This document shows, in pieces, positions 27,999 to 40,143 of a DNA stretch of 64,000 nucleotides. Source of the stretch: Myxococcota bacterium (GTDB taxonomy: Bacteria; Myxococcota_A; UBA796; CAJQPC01); NCBI GenBank assembly GCA_036229005.1, contig JAZAMN010000011.1, positions 1 through 64,000 of the forward strand. The letters run 5' to 3'. The position numbers and the translations under genes are program-made. Below the pieces are notes generated by a model that worked only from the letters and a program-made list of their open reading frames with translations, ran no database searches and was not told where the DNA came from. Positions within the stretch are counted from its first letter, which is position 1. Each line of letters opens with the position of its first letter.

Positions 27999-29069
27999 GT
28001 GAAGGTTGACGGCACGCCATACCGCACGGTGTGGATGGACGGCTCGGTTGTACGCATGATCAACCAGCACCTGATCCCCCACCGCTTCGAGATCATGGAC
28101 CTGGGCGACTACCACCAGACGGCCAAGGCCATCACGGTGATGAACGTCCGCGGGGCCGGCGCCATCGGCGCCACGGCAGGCTTCGCCATGGCCCAGGCTG
28201 CCCTCTCCGCCGGAGACAGCAGCTTCCACGCGGACATGGCCCAGGCCGCCAAGGTGGTGCAGGCGACCCGTCCGACCGCCCAGAACCTCTTCTACGCCGT
28301 CCGCCGCGTGCTCAAGGCCATCGAGGCCCAGGGCAGCGACATCGCCAAGGCCCGCCAGGCCGCCGTGGCAGAAGCCCAGGACATCGCCGACGACGACGCC
28401 GCCTGCTGCGAGGCCATCGGCCAGCACGGCGCTCCCCTGGTGCCCGAGAACGCCCGGGTCAGCACCCACTGCAACGCCGGCTGGCTGGCCTTCGTGGACT
28501 GGGGCAGCGCCCTCTCCCCCGTCTACGTCGCCCACCGCCAGGGCAAGAAGCCCTTTGTGTTCGTGGACGAGACCCGGCCCCGCAGCCAGGGCGCCCGCCT
28601 GACCGCCTGGGAGCTCGCCAAGGAGGGCGTCCCCCACGCCGTCATCTGCGACAACGCCACCGGCCACTACCTGCGCACCGGCCAGATCGACATGGTCATC
28701 GTGGGCAGCGACCGCATCGCCGCCAACGGCGACGTCGCCAACAAGATAGGCACCTACACCAGCGCCCTGGCCGCCAAGGCCGCCGGCGTGCCCTTCTACG
28801 TGGCCGCCCCGACCACCACCATCGACCCCGACTGCCCCAGCGGGGACGACATCCCCATCGAAGAGCGCGACCAGGACGAGGTCCGCTACACCTGGGGCTG
28901 GTCCGACGACGGCATCTTCACCCGCGTCCGCACCGTCCCCGAGGAGTCCAGCGCCCGCAACCCCGCCTTTGACGTGACCCCCGCCGAGCTCGTGGCCGGC
29001 ATCATCACCGAGAAGGGCGTGGTGAGCGCGAGCGTTGAGGGGATCGCGTCGGTGGCGCGGAAGGGCTGA
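27999..29069 (+). CDS. mtnA: S-methyl-5-thioribose-1-phosphate isomerase
   Basis: MNVRGAGAIG, TRPTAQNL, THCNAGWLA, DETRPRSQGARLTAWEL, GSDRIAANGDVANKIGTY, NPAFDVTP. Confidence 0.95.
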   Translation: MKVDGTPYRTVWMDGSVVRMINQHLIPHRFEIMDLGDYHQTAKAITVMNVRGAGAIGATAGFAMAQAALSAGDSSFHADMAQAAKVVQATRPTAQNLFYAVRRVLKAIEAQGSDIAKARQAAVAEAQDIADDDAACCEAIGQHGAPLVPENARVSTHCNAGWLAFVDWGSALSPVYVAHRQGKKPFVFVDETRPRSQGARLTAWELAKEGVPHAVICDNATGHYLRTGQIDMVIVGSDRIAANGDVANKIGTYTSALAAKAAGVPFYVAAPTTTIDPDCPSGDDIPIEERDQDEVRYTWGWSDDGIFTRVRTVPEESSARNPAFDVTPAELVAGIITEKGVVSASVEGIASVARKG

Positions 29070-29083
29070 GGCCGCAGATTGGC

Positions 29084-29136
29084 TGTTGCTCCTCCAGGGA
29101 CATCCCGTATAGGGTGTGTCTACTGGAGGGTGACGC
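29084..29136 (+). promoter_or_regulatory. Putative promoter/operator and RBS block, copy 1
   Basis: TTGCTC-N18-TAGGGT with GGGA-CA-TCCC inverted repeat in the spacer, then GTCTACTGGAGG RBS. Near-identical block at 32016-32069. Confidence 0.65.
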
Positions 29137-30687
29137 ATGTTCATGGTCCTGCTGGCGGCGTGTACGCAGCCCCCCTCGCCTTCGGCTGGCCCCGACACCG
29201 GCGACGCTTCTACGCCCCCGGCGACACCCGAGCTCTGCGACAACGGCCTGGACGACGACCGTGACGGGCTGACCGACTGCAGCGACCCGGACTGCATGCC
29301 CTGCCAGGAGGACTGTGAGGACGGGGTGGACAACGACCTGGACGGGCTGGCCGACTGCCTGGACCCGGACTGCGATGTCTACACCGTCTGCATCGAGTTC
29401 GACTGCGAGGACGGGCTGGACAACGACGGCGATGGCCTCGCCGACTGCCTGGATCCCAACTGCAGCATCCGGTGCGACGAGGACTGCGGGGATGGGGTCG
29501 ACAACGACGCGGATGGGGATGTCGACTGCACCGACTCCGAGTGCATGGAGAAGGCCCCTGACTGTGTAGAGGAGTGCGACGACGGGCTCGACAACGACGG
29601 CGACGGTCTGATCGACTGCGACGACGACCACTGTCGCGGCTTGGAGGCGCCCTGCATCGAGGTGTGTGGCGACGGGCTGGACAACGACCGGGATGGGGAC
29701 ACGGACTGCGCGGATGCGGAGTGTTTTCGCGACGAAGTGTGCGCCGAGACCTGCGATGACGGTCTGGACAACAACGGGAACGGCTTGGTGGACTGCGAAG
29801 ACCCCGTGTACTGCCAGTGGGACTCCTCCTGCATCGAGGACTGCGCCGACGGCCTGGACAACGACCTGGATGGGAGGCTGGACTGCCGCGACCCCGACTG
29901 TTTCCGCGCCCCCGACTGCCTGGAGGTCTGCGACGACGGCATCGACAACGACCTGGACGGCGACGTGGACTGCGACGACCGGGACTGCGCCAGCCTCCAG
30001 GCCCCCTGCGTCGAGGTCTGCGACGACGGCGCCGACAATGACCTGGACGGCCTCGTGGACTGCGAGGACGGGAGCTGCTCCGCCGAGTGTGCGGAGAGCG
30101 ACTGTACCGACGGGGTGGACAACAACGGGAATGGCCGGGTCGACTGCGACGACGAGGAGTGCTGGGGAATCGAGGGATGCGATGACGGCTTCGCCATCCG
30201 CGTCCTGAGCGGTCATGTCACCCAGGACTTCGTGACGAGCTCCATCGCCAGTCACACCTGGGTGGTCCAGTCTCCGCAAGGCGTCGCCCACATCGGCGAG
30301 TCCAGCGAGCACATAAGCTGCACCTGGTCTGCTGCGGGCTTCACGCTGCGCCACCAGACCTGGACCAACCGCAGCTACTACGGAGCGACCTCCTGGACCG
30401 GGAGACAGTACTGGCTGATCGACAGCCTGCAGACCTCAGGAGCGTGCTCCGGCCGCCTGAGCAGTGGGATGCTGAGCTTCGAGTCCACTGCGTCCGACCG
30501 TGGGGCGCTGGGCCACCACATGGCCGGCGACTATGGCTCGATGAACCTGGACAGCACGCGGCTGCTGGGAGGCGTGTACTTCTTCCCCAGGTCGACCTAC
30601 TACGGCGCGACGCACACCTGGCGTGCCTGGAGCGCAACCTTCCAGATCGACCCCGCCATGACCGAGCCCCTGGAGCTGAGCGAATGA
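29137..30687 (+). CDS. Cys/Asp-repeat stalk lipoprotein with variable head domain, paralog 1 (11 repeats)
   Basis: MFMVLLAAC, repeats CxDGxDNDxDGxxDCxDxDC, head with SCTWSA and QTSGACSG. Confidence 0.9.
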   Translation: MFMVLLAACTQPPSPSAGPDTGDASTPPATPELCDNGLDDDRDGLTDCSDPDCMPCQEDCEDGVDNDLDGLADCLDPDCDVYTVCIEFDCEDGLDNDGDGLADCLDPNCSIRCDEDCGDGVDNDADGDVDCTDSECMEKAPDCVEECDDGLDNDGDGLIDCDDDHCRGLEAPCIEVCGDGLDNDRDGDTDCADAECFRDEVCAETCDDGLDNNGNGLVDCEDPVYCQWDSSCIEDCADGLDNDLDGRLDCRDPDCFRAPDCLEVCDDGIDNDLDGDVDCDDRDCASLQAPCVEVCDDGADNDLDGLVDCEDGSCSAECAESDCTDGVDNNGNGRVDCDDEECWGIEGCDDGFAIRVLSGHVTQDFVTSSIASHTWVVQSPQGVAHIGESSEHISCTWSAAGFTLRHQTWTNRSYYGATSWTGRQYWLIDSLQTSGACSGRLSSGMLSFESTASDRGALGHHMAGDYGSMNLDSTRLLGGVYFFPRSTYYGATHTWRAWSATFQIDPAMTEPLELSE

Positions 30688-31967
30688 CACCGCTGCTCCT
30701 GGCGTTGGCCTGCAACTCTCAGCCCCAGCCCCAGCCCCGAGACTCCGCGGACACCTCTGTCCCCCAGCCCGATCCCGAGCTCTGCGACAACGGCCTGGAC
30801 GACGACGGCGACGGCCTGATCGACTGTCTGGACCCCGACTGCACCGAGCTCTGCCCCGAGGACTGCCACGACGGATGGGACAACGACGCCGACAGCCTGG
30901 AGGACTGCGACGACCCCGAGTGCGCGCTCCAGTGCGTCGAGGACTGCGACGACGCATTCGACAACGACAACGACCTGCTGATCGACTGCTGGGACCCGGA
31001 CTGCGAAGGCGACCCCACCTGCACCGAAGACTGCAGCGACGGCATCGACAACGACGAAGACGGTCGCATCGACTGCAGGGACTCCGACTGCTACGCCTCG
31101 GAGGACTGCGTCGAGGACTGCAGCGACGGCGTCGACAACGACCTGGACGGCTACACCGACTGCGAGGACTCCGAGTGCGCTGGGCTGGTTGAGCACTGCG
31201 TCGAGGACTGCACCGACGGCATCGACAACGACGGGGACTGGGCCATCGACTGCCAGGACGCGGAGTGCGCTGGGCTGGTCGAGCCCTGCATCGAGGACTG
31301 CAGCGACGGCATCGACAACGACCTGGACGGCCGCGTGGACTGCGAAGACGGCGACTGCTCCTTCTCCTGCACGGAGCTGGACTGCCACGACGGGCTGGAC
31401 GAAGACGGCGACAGCCGAACCGACTGCGACGACGCCGACTGCTGGGGGGTTGGGACGTGCTCAGGGAAGGCCAGCCTGCGGGTCCTGGGTGGCGTGTCCA
31501 AGCACCTCTCGCTCTACTCCTTCTCCTCCAGCTACTCCATGTCCGGAGAGGCCCACAATGCGACCAAGGTCTACGGCACCGCGTTCCTGCAGGACGCCGA
31601 TCGCTCCCTGGCCTGTGACTGGTCTGCCGATCGGCTCTTCGCCTTTGAGACGATCGGTTCACGGCGCGAGTTCAGCTACGAGGTCGTGAGCAGCAGCACC
31701 TTCATCCACACCTACTTCGTCCCTGTCTACCGGCAGGGCCTCCGCTTCTTCGGGTTCACCAGCACGGGCGCGTGCGGCGGCTTCCTCACCAGTGCAGCCG
31801 TCTCGTTCGCTTCTTCGGCCGAGGAGACTCCCCTCCCCGAACGGGTCGACTTCCCGAGTGCGAGCGTACTGTCCCTGGACAGCACACCCTTCATCGTGCA
31901 GGCGGGTCGATACAGCACCATCGTCGGCGCACGGACCGAACCCTGGGTCTTCTGGGAAGAGGAGTGA
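30684..31967 (+). CDS. Cys/Asp-repeat stalk lipoprotein, paralog 2 (8 repeats)
   Basis: ATGA overlap at 30684, [10 protein letters not shown], head with ACDWSA and TSTGACGG, ends [10 protein letters not shown]. Confidence 0.9.
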   Translation: MTPLLLALACNSQPQPQPRDSADTSVPQPDPELCDNGLDDDGDGLIDCLDPDCTELCPEDCHDGWDNDADSLEDCDDPECALQCVEDCDDAFDNDNDLLIDCWDPDCEGDPTCTEDCSDGIDNDEDGRIDCRDSDCYASEDCVEDCSDGVDNDLDGYTDCEDSECAGLVEHCVEDCTDGIDNDGDWAIDCQDAECAGLVEPCIEDCSDGIDNDLDGRVDCEDGDCSFSCTELDCHDGLDEDGDSRTDCDDADCWGVGTCSGKASLRVLGGVSKHLSLYSFSSSYSMSGEAHNATKVYGTAFLQDADRSLACDWSADRLFAFETIGSRREFSYEVVSSSTFIHTYFVPVYRQGLRFFGFTSTGACGGFLTSAAVSFASSAEETPLPERVDFPSASVLSLDSTPFIVQAGRYSTIVGARTEPWVFWEEE

Positions 31968-32015
31968 TCCGGGGTGGCCCGGAGAGGCTGAAACGTGCGG
32001 TGAACCCGGATTTCC

Positions 32016-32069
32016 TGTTGCCGACCAAGGGACATCCCGTATAGGGTACTGTCTACTGGGAGGTGACAG
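32016..32069 (+). promoter_or_regulatory. Putative promoter/operator and RBS block, copy 2
   Basis: TTGCCG-N18-TAGGGT. AGGGACATCCCGTATAGGGT is identical to copy 1. GTCTACTGGGAGG RBS. Confidence 0.65.
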
Positions 32070-33611
32070 ATGTTCCTGTTCGCTCTGCTGCTCGCCTGCG
32101 ACAAGGACGTCGAGGTCACCGAGACCGACACCGACACCGGCACCCTGTCCAGCGAGATCTGCGACGACGGCATCGACAACGACCGCGACAGCCTGGTGGA
32201 CTGCATGGACCCCGACTGTCCGGCCTGCGCCGAGGACTGCGCAGACGGCGTGGACAACGACGGGGATGGGGCCATCGACTGCCTGGACAGCGACTGCGCT
32301 GCCGAGGCCTCCTGCCAAGAGGACTGCACGGACGGGGCCGACAACGACGCCGATGGCTTCACGGACTGCGAAGACGACGACTGCGCCAGCGACGCCGCCT
32401 GTCGCGAGTCGGTCTGCGACGACGCTGTAGACAACGACAGTGACGGCTTCACAGACTGCGAAGACGACGACTGCACGGCAGACAGCCACTGCGATGAGTC
32501 CCTGGCCTGTGAGGACGGCGCGGACAACGATCTGGACGGCCTCACCGACTGCGAAGACGACGACTGCGCTGGCGATGCCGCCTGCCCCGAGGTCGACTGC
32601 GGCGACGGGCTGGACAACGATCTGGACGGCCTGAGCGACTGCTACGACGACGACTGCAGCGCGGATCCAAGCTGCGATGAGTCCACCCAATGCGCAGACG
32701 GGGTGGACAACGACGGCGACGGCGACATCGACTGCGAAGACCACGACTGCAGCCGCGATTCCGCCTGCAAAGAGTCCGACTGCCGCGACGGCGCGGACAA
32801 CGACTCCGATGGCCTGAGCGACTGCTACGACGACGACTGCGCCCGCGACTGGGACTGCCTGGAGAACAAGAACTGCGACGACGGCGCCGACAACGACCTG
32901 GACGGCGACACCGACTGCGACGACAGCGACTGCGCCACAACAAGCGAGTACTGCGTGGAGTTGGACTGCTTTGACGGCCTGGACAGCGACAGCGACGGGC
33001 TGGTCGACTGCGAAGACGGAGACTGCATGTCCGCCTGCACAGAGAGCGCCTGCAGCGACGGCGTGGACAACGACTACGACGGCTACACCGACTGCATGGA
33101 CGACGACTGCATCGGGGACAGCGCCTGCAACGATCGGATGTGGGCCACCATCACCGGCGGCAACGCCAGCTTCTCCGAGCGCATGGACTGGGGCGGGGTC
33201 TCCGGCGCCATCGTCGAGCAGAGCGCCTGGGTTCAGAGCCCCAGCGGGAGCGCCCAGCTCCAGATCAGCTCCGCCACCTACGCCTGCAACTGGACCGCGA
33301 GCAGCTTCCAGGTCAACGACACCTGGAACGATGGCCTCTCCTCTTGGCGCACCTTCGAGATCACCGGCCTGAGCTCCACCGGCGCCTGCGGCGGCCTGCT
33401 GACCTCTGCCTTCTTCGACAAGACCTACTGGTCCCCCACCGCGAGCAGCGGCATGGACCTGTACATCTGCGGCGCCAACCTGCTCCTGGGCTCCCACACC
33501 CTGATCCGGGGCGGCTCGATCAGCGCGAGCACCTCCAGCAGCGGCACCGGCTGGAGCCGACAGACCACCTACGCCCCCGTCCAAAGCGGCGACCTCTGGC
33601 CCCAACTCTGA
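32070..33611 (+). CDS. Cys/Asp-repeat stalk lipoprotein, paralog 3 (11 repeats)
   Basis: [10 protein letters not shown], head with ACNWTA and SSTGACGG. Confidence 0.9.
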   Translation: MFLFALLLACDKDVEVTETDTDTGTLSSEICDDGIDNDRDSLVDCMDPDCPACAEDCADGVDNDGDGAIDCLDSDCAAEASCQEDCTDGADNDADGFTDCEDDDCASDAACRESVCDDAVDNDSDGFTDCEDDDCTADSHCDESLACEDGADNDLDGLTDCEDDDCAGDAACPEVDCGDGLDNDLDGLSDCYDDDCSADPSCDESTQCADGVDNDGDGDIDCEDHDCSRDSACKESDCRDGADNDSDGLSDCYDDDCARDWDCLENKNCDDGADNDLDGDTDCDDSDCATTSEYCVELDCFDGLDSDSDGLVDCEDGDCMSACTESACSDGVDNDYDGYTDCMDDDCIGDSACNDRMWATITGGNASFSERMDWGGVSGAIVEQSAWVQSPSGSAQLQISSATYACNWTASSFQVNDTWNDGLSSWRTFEITGLSSTGACGGLLTSAFFDKTYWSPTASSGMDLYICGANLLLGSHTLIRGGSISASTSSSGTGWSRQTTYAPVQSGDLWPQL

Positions 33612-33626
33612 GCCCTCGGAATCGCA

Positions 33627-35306
<1,680 letters not shown>

Positions 35307-35315
35307 GGGAGGGAC

Positions 35316-36494
35316 ATGATCTGGCTCCTGCTGGCCTGCACCCCCACCCCCCAGGACAGCGGCCCTGCGCCCAACTCCGTCGAGCTGTTTTGCCGGGACG
35401 ACGAGGACAACGACGGCGACGGCCTGACCGACTGCGAGGACAGCGACTGCGCCGAGAACCCGGCCTGCTACGAGGCCTACTGCGGCGACGTGCGGGACAA
35501 CGACCTGGACGGGCTGACCGACTGCTACGACCCGGACTGCTGGGGGCGAGACAACTGCACCGACGTGTGCGATGGCTGTCCTGAGATCTGCGATGACAAC
35601 AAAGACAACGACCTGGACGGACCGCGAGACTGCGACGACCCCGACTGCGAGCTGGATTCGGCTTGCGTGGAGATCTGCGACAACGGCCAGGACGACGACG
35701 GCGACAACAAGGTCGACTGCCTGGATCCTGACTGCGCGGGCCTGCAGGCGCCCTGCATCGAAGTCTGCGATGACGGCGTCGACAATGACCTGGACGGCGC
35801 CACGGACTGCCGGGACTGGGACTGCATCGACGAGCAAGCGTCGTGCATCGAGATCTGCGACGACGGCGTCGACAACGACGCGGACGGCCTGGTCGACTGC
35901 GAGGACGGTGCCTGCGCCGATACATGTATCGAGCACTCCTGCGACAACGGCATCGACGACGACAACAACGGCCGGGCAGACTGCGACGACGAGGACTGTT
36001 GGGGGCTGGGCGCCTGCCCCAACCGCGCGGGCCTCCGGGTGCTGGGGGGCCGCTACCGGCACCACACCTACCAGGATGCAACGTTCTACATGCACGCCAC
36101 CATCTCGCAATGGTGGGTGGACTCCGCGAGCGGGGTGCTCGTGCGCGGCAGCGATGGGGTCCAGAGCTCCTGCGCTTGGGAGGCCAACTCAGTGGAGGCC
36201 TGGGAGGTGTTTGGCGTCAGCTACGGCCACATCTGGACCCGACAACACCTGGCGCTTCCTGGCTTCAGCAGCACCGGCGCCTGCTCGAGCTGGGGCGCGC
36301 CCTCCCAGTTCACCTTCTCGGATGTGCTCAGTGGAGACAGCCTCCCCGAGCGCTTTGACAGCTCCCCCAACGGCTTCACCCTCGACGGCCAGTGGCTGGC
36401 GCGCGGGCTACCCTTCCAGGACAGCTTGGGCAGGATCGAGGTGAGGGTGCTCCCCAGCTACACCGAGCCCTGGGTGTTCTGGGAGGAAGAGTGA
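35316..36494 (+). CDS. Cys/Asp-repeat stalk lipoprotein, paralog 5 (7 repeats)
   Basis: GGGAGG RBS, MIWLLLAC, head with SCAWEA and SSTGACSS, ends [10 protein letters not shown] as in paralog 2. Confidence 0.9.
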   Translation: MIWLLLACTPTPQDSGPAPNSVELFCRDDEDNDGDGLTDCEDSDCAENPACYEAYCGDVRDNDLDGLTDCYDPDCWGRDNCTDVCDGCPEICDDNKDNDLDGPRDCDDPDCELDSACVEICDNGQDDDGDNKVDCLDPDCAGLQAPCIEVCDDGVDNDLDGATDCRDWDCIDEQASCIEICDDGVDNDADGLVDCEDGACADTCIEHSCDNGIDDDNNGRADCDDEDCWGLGACPNRAGLRVLGGRYRHHTYQDATFYMHATISQWWVDSASGVLVRGSDGVQSSCAWEANSVEAWEVFGVSYGHIWTRQHLALPGFSSTGACSSWGAPSQFTFSDVLSGDSLPERFDSSPNGFTLDGQWLARGLPFQDSLGRIEVRVLPSYTEPWVFWEEE

Positions 36495-37390
36495 AGATCC
36501 TGCTGCTGCTGGCCTGCGCCCCCACCCCTGCGACACCCCAGCCCACTCCAGACTCCGGAGAGATCTGCGATCCCTGCGAGGACACCGGCAGCACAACCCC
36601 TGCGGTCGAGCACTGCAGCGACGGCGTGGACAATGATGACGATGACCTCGTCGACTGCGCGGATCCCGACTGCAGTGAGCTGTGCATCGAAGACTGCGGA
36701 GATGGGGTCGACAACGACCAGGACGGGCAGATCGACTGCGCTGACACATCTTGCCGACAGGACCCAGTGTGTCAGGAGGACTGCAGCGATGGGGTGGACA
36801 ACGACCTGGATGGGCTCACCGACTGCGAAGATGGCGACTGCCAACTCGACTGCATCGAGACCGCCTGCGAGGACGGGCTGGACAACGACGCCAACGGGCT
36901 GGCCGACTGCCAGGACCCCGACTGCTGGGGGATCGTGGACTGTCCCGACGCCAAGGCGGTGTTCTGGACGGAGACCCGCGACTCGTGGAACAGCAGCAGC
37001 ATGTTCCGGGTGGGCTCCCACTCCAGCACCATGAACGCCACCTGGCACTACGCGGCCTCCTGGTGGGACGACAGCGCAGCCGGCGTCGGGTGGGTGCTTC
37101 GGGACGGCGTTCTTCAGAGCTGCACCTGGACGGCGGACCGCTTCTTCGCGCAGCACACCACCAGCCAGGACCACAGCGTGGTGGAGATGCGACAGCTCAT
37201 ACACTTTGACGCCCTGCAGAGCAGCGGGGCCTGTGGCGGTGCGATCAGCGGGAGCGCCCTGGACTTTGACGTGGACCCTCGCGACGGCGCGCGCTTGGGC
37301 CTGGGCTCCAGCCTGCAGATCGATGGATACGCCTTCGGGGCGCCGCAGTGGGAGCAGCGGCAGCCCTGGGTGATCGGAGTCGAGCCATGA
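36491..37390 (+). CDS. Cys/Asp-repeat stalk lipoprotein, paralog 6 (4 repeats)
   Basis: GTGA overlap at 36491, MKILLLLAC, head with SCTWTA, QSSGACGG and RQPWV. Confidence 0.88.
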   Translation: MKILLLLACAPTPATPQPTPDSGEICDPCEDTGSTTPAVEHCSDGVDNDDDDLVDCADPDCSELCIEDCGDGVDNDQDGQIDCADTSCRQDPVCQEDCSDGVDNDLDGLTDCEDGDCQLDCIETACEDGLDNDANGLADCQDPDCWGIVDCPDAKAVFWTETRDSWNSSSMFRVGSHSSTMNATWHYAASWWDDSAAGVGWVLRDGVLQSCTWTADRFFAQHTTSQDHSVVEMRQLIHFDALQSSGACGGAISGSALDFDVDPRDGARLGLGSSLQIDGYAFGAPQWEQRQPWVIGVEP

Positions 37391-38760
37391 TTTGGCTTCT
37401 GCTTGCGTGCACAGCGGACTCTGAGCCCTACCGCTTCCAGCCTGTGGAGTTCTGCATCGATGGCCTGGACAACGACGGTGATGGCCTCACGGACTGCGAC
37501 GACGACGACTGTATTCCGGACCGGCAGTGCCCGGAGATCTGCGACGACGGGCTGGACAATGACGACGACGGTGAGGTCGACTGCGACGACCTGAACTGTT
37601 CGACCGTCGCCCCCTGCGTGGAGATCTGCGCAGACGGTGTCGACAACAACCACGACGGCAAGACGGACTGCGAGGACGTCCAGTGTTGGGAGCACAAGAG
37701 CTGCCAGGAGGACTGCAGCGATGGCATGGACAACGACCTGGACGGGCGCACCGACTGCGAGGACCCGGAGTGCGACTGGGTCCCTCCCTGCCTGGAGGAC
37801 TGCAGCGACGGCGTGGACAATGACGGCAACGGCCTGATCGACTGCCTGGACTCGGACTGTGAGTCCTCGGGCTGGTGCATCGAGGACTGCGCAGACGGCG
37901 TCGACAACAACCAGGACGGCCGGGTGGACTGCGACGACCCGGACTGCAGCGACACCTGTCTGGAGGACTGTAGCGACGGTGTCGACAACGACGCCAACGG
38001 GCTGGTGGACTGCAAGGACACACGCGACTGCTACACCCACGAGGCGTGCGCGGAGGACTGCACCGACGGGATCGACAACAACTACGACCGGCTAGTGGAC
38101 TGCGACGACTACGCCTGCTGGCGCGACGACGCCTGTCGGGAGCTCTGTGACGACGGCATCGACAACGACGAGAACGGCCTGGTCGACTGCGAAGACGGCG
38201 CCTGCCAGTTGGAGTGCCTGGAGAGCGACTGCACGGACGGAGTCGACAATGACGCCAACGGGCTCGCGGACTGCCAGGATCCGGACTGCTGGGGCGTGGT
38301 GGACTGTCCTGACGCCCGCGCGGTCTTCTGGACCGGGGACGACATGTCGTGGTGGAGCAGCCAAGGTCGCTACGGGTGGTCTGGCTCCACCAGCGGCCAG
38401 TCCGGCAAGGTGGTCTGGCAGACCTCCACGTGGGTCCACAACAGCCCTGACGGTCTGGGGTGGGTGCTGGAGGACGGCGTCCCCCTGAGCTGCGGCTGGA
38501 GGGCGACTCTGATGACCGCCCAATACCGGAACCACAACAACGATGGAAAGCGGGAGCAGCGCGAGATGCTCGAGTTCACCGGCCTCAGCAGCACCGGCGC
38601 CTGCCTCGGGGCCTTCTCGGGCAGCGCGCTGGACTTTGACCTGGACCACCTCGAAAGCCAACGGCTGGGGAGCGGCTACTATCTGCAGCTCGACGGCTAC
38701 GAGTTCGGCCAGCTCTACTGGAGCGATCGCCAGCCCTGGGTGATGGAGCTGGAGGACTGA
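37387..38760 (+). CDS. Cys/Asp-repeat stalk lipoprotein, paralog 7 (10 repeats)
   Basis: ATGA overlap at 37387, MIWLLLAC, head with SCGWRA, SSTGACLG and RQPWV. Confidence 0.9.
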   Translation: MIWLLLACTADSEPYRFQPVEFCIDGLDNDGDGLTDCDDDDCIPDRQCPEICDDGLDNDDDGEVDCDDLNCSTVAPCVEICADGVDNNHDGKTDCEDVQCWEHKSCQEDCSDGMDNDLDGRTDCEDPECDWVPPCLEDCSDGVDNDGNGLIDCLDSDCESSGWCIEDCADGVDNNQDGRVDCDDPDCSDTCLEDCSDGVDNDANGLVDCKDTRDCYTHEACAEDCTDGIDNNYDRLVDCDDYACWRDDACRELCDDGIDNDENGLVDCEDGACQLECLESDCTDGVDNDANGLADCQDPDCWGVVDCPDARAVFWTGDDMSWWSSQGRYGWSGSTSGQSGKVVWQTSTWVHNSPDGLGWVLEDGVPLSCGWRATLMTAQYRNHNNDGKREQREMLEFTGLSSTGACLGAFSGSALDFDLDHLESQRLGSGYYLQLDGYEFGQLYWSDRQPWVMELED

Positions 38761-38881
38761 CCACCGGGCAGCTGTCATCCTGCCCCCCCGCTGGAGCGCC
38801 GATGCTGAGCTGGACCTGCGGCCCACGGCGGGGGCCTAAAGTCCGGGGGAGAGGGTCCGATGGCGCGCAAAAGGAAGACGC

Positions 38882-39619
38882 ATGGACCCGAGCACCCTGT
38901 ACTTTGTGCACATCCCCAAGACGGCGGGGCGCTACTTGGTGGTGAAGGCGCTCAACCACGAGCTGCTCGAGTACAAGCACCTGCCGAAGGGCCGCCTGTA
39001 TCGCGGGAATCCGACGGGCCGGGTGTACTACGGCGGCCACAATGTGTGCCACAGCGCGCCCGCGAGTCCGATCAAGTACTTCACGGCCGACTGCACGCAG
39101 GACGCGGAGTTCCACAGCTCGACGAGCTTCGCCATCGTGCGGAATCCCTTCGACCTGCTGGTGAGCATGTTCAAGGCGGGCTGGCCCTACCAGCGGGGGA
39201 TCAGCGACCACCGCTTCCCGGACTTCGAGGCCTTCATCCACGCATATTGCGACCCGGAGTACCCCTGGGTGGTCCCGCTGCAGCAGCGCTTTCTGTTCTT
39301 TCAGGTGCTGGATGATGGGGGTCGCTGCGCGGTGGACCGGCTGCTGCGCTTCGAGGACCTGGACACCGAACTGGCCGAGCTGTGCGCACCCATCGGGGTG
39401 AAGCCGGCCGTGGACTCGCCCTTCCGGCCCTCGCGGCATGGGGACGACCGCGACCACCGGCGCTGGTACAACAACGCGACCCACGACCTGGTGCGGGCGG
39501 CCTGCGCCCAGGAGCTGGAGCAGCTCGGCTACGACTTTGACGGGATCTGCGCGCCGCTGGACCGTGAGCGGCTCCACGTCCCGGACTTCCGGGCGGTCGA
39601 GGCGGAGCTGGCGGCCTGA
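38882..39619 (+). CDS. Sulfotransferase (Sulfotransfer_2-like, carbohydrate sulfotransferase family)
   Basis: YFVHIPKTAG 5'-PAPS-binding motif, FAIVRNPFDLLVS 3'-phosphate motif, LRFEDL, ELEQLGYDF. Confidence 0.85.
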   Translation: MDPSTLYFVHIPKTAGRYLVVKALNHELLEYKHLPKGRLYRGNPTGRVYYGGHNVCHSAPASPIKYFTADCTQDAEFHSSTSFAIVRNPFDLLVSMFKAGWPYQRGISDHRFPDFEAFIHAYCDPEYPWVVPLQQRFLFFQVLDDGGRCAVDRLLRFEDLDTELAELCAPIGVKPAVDSPFRPSRHGDDRDHRRWYNNATHDLVRAACAQELEQLGYDFDGICAPLDRERLHVPDFRAVEAELAA

Positions 39620-39626
39620 ATCTGGG

Positions 39627-39882
39627 GGCTACCGGGGGTGAGTGAGCGGGAGGGGGTGGCTACGCGTCGCGAATGAGCGGTCGCTGGAGGCCAGGGGTAC
39701 TCGGTGAGCGATTTGGCGACCGATCGGGCGGATTCAGGGCTGAAATCAGCCGTTTCCGGGCTACTTGGGGCCGAAATGGTGGAGATCGGTGAACGGATCG
39801 CTCACTGGTGAGGCGTAGCCTCAGGCAGTCGCTCATTCAGAGGCCTTGGCCACCCCCGGGCGCTCACTCAGCAGCCGTAGCC
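39627..39882. repeat. 256-bp imperfect palindrome built of 31-bp-period subrepeats (3 direct + 3 inverted)
   Basis: GGCTAC/GGCTAC/GGCCAG at 39627, 39658, 39689 and TGAGCG at 39643, 39674, 39705. Mirrored CGCTCA at 39799, 39830, 39861 and GTAGCC/TTGGCC/GTAGCC at 39815, 39846, 39877. Confidence 0.85.
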
Positions 39883-39917
39883 GCAGCGAACACCGGTCCG
39901 CGGGGTGGCCAGAACGC

Positions 39918-39943
39918 AGAAAGCGCCCCCGGAGGGGCGCCTT
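39918..39943 (-). terminator. Terminator-like hairpin for the minus-strand operon ending at 40135
   Basis: Minus strand GCGCCCC-TCCG-GGGGCGC followed by TTTCT. Confidence 0.5.
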
Positions 39944-40143
39944 GGCACTCCGGGGGGCTGGCCCCCCGAGAGAATGAGCTTTGATTTCTACGAAATCAGG
40001 ACCGGCCGCTCCTTTGACTGCAAAGGAGACCGGCGGCCGGTCCCGGACTGCGTGAGCAGGCCGCCAGGGGGTGCCCTCAAGGGCACTCCGGGGGGCGGGC
40101 CCCCCGAAAAGAATGAGCTTTGATTTCTACGAAATCAAAGCTC
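39944..40143. repeat. Two 55-56 bp direct repeats with internal hairpins flanking a long GC stem-loop
   Basis: GGCACTCCGGGGGGC(T/G)GGCCCCCCGA..GAATGAGCTTTGATTTCTACGAAATCA at 39944-39998 and 40082-40137. Hairpin at 39999-40043. Palindrome with perfect 13-bp arms at 40115-40143. Confidence 0.85.

Noticed and set aside
39905..40123. 72-aa ORF in the structured intergenic region
   Set aside because: It merely translates the direct repeats, with no RBS or coding-like composition.
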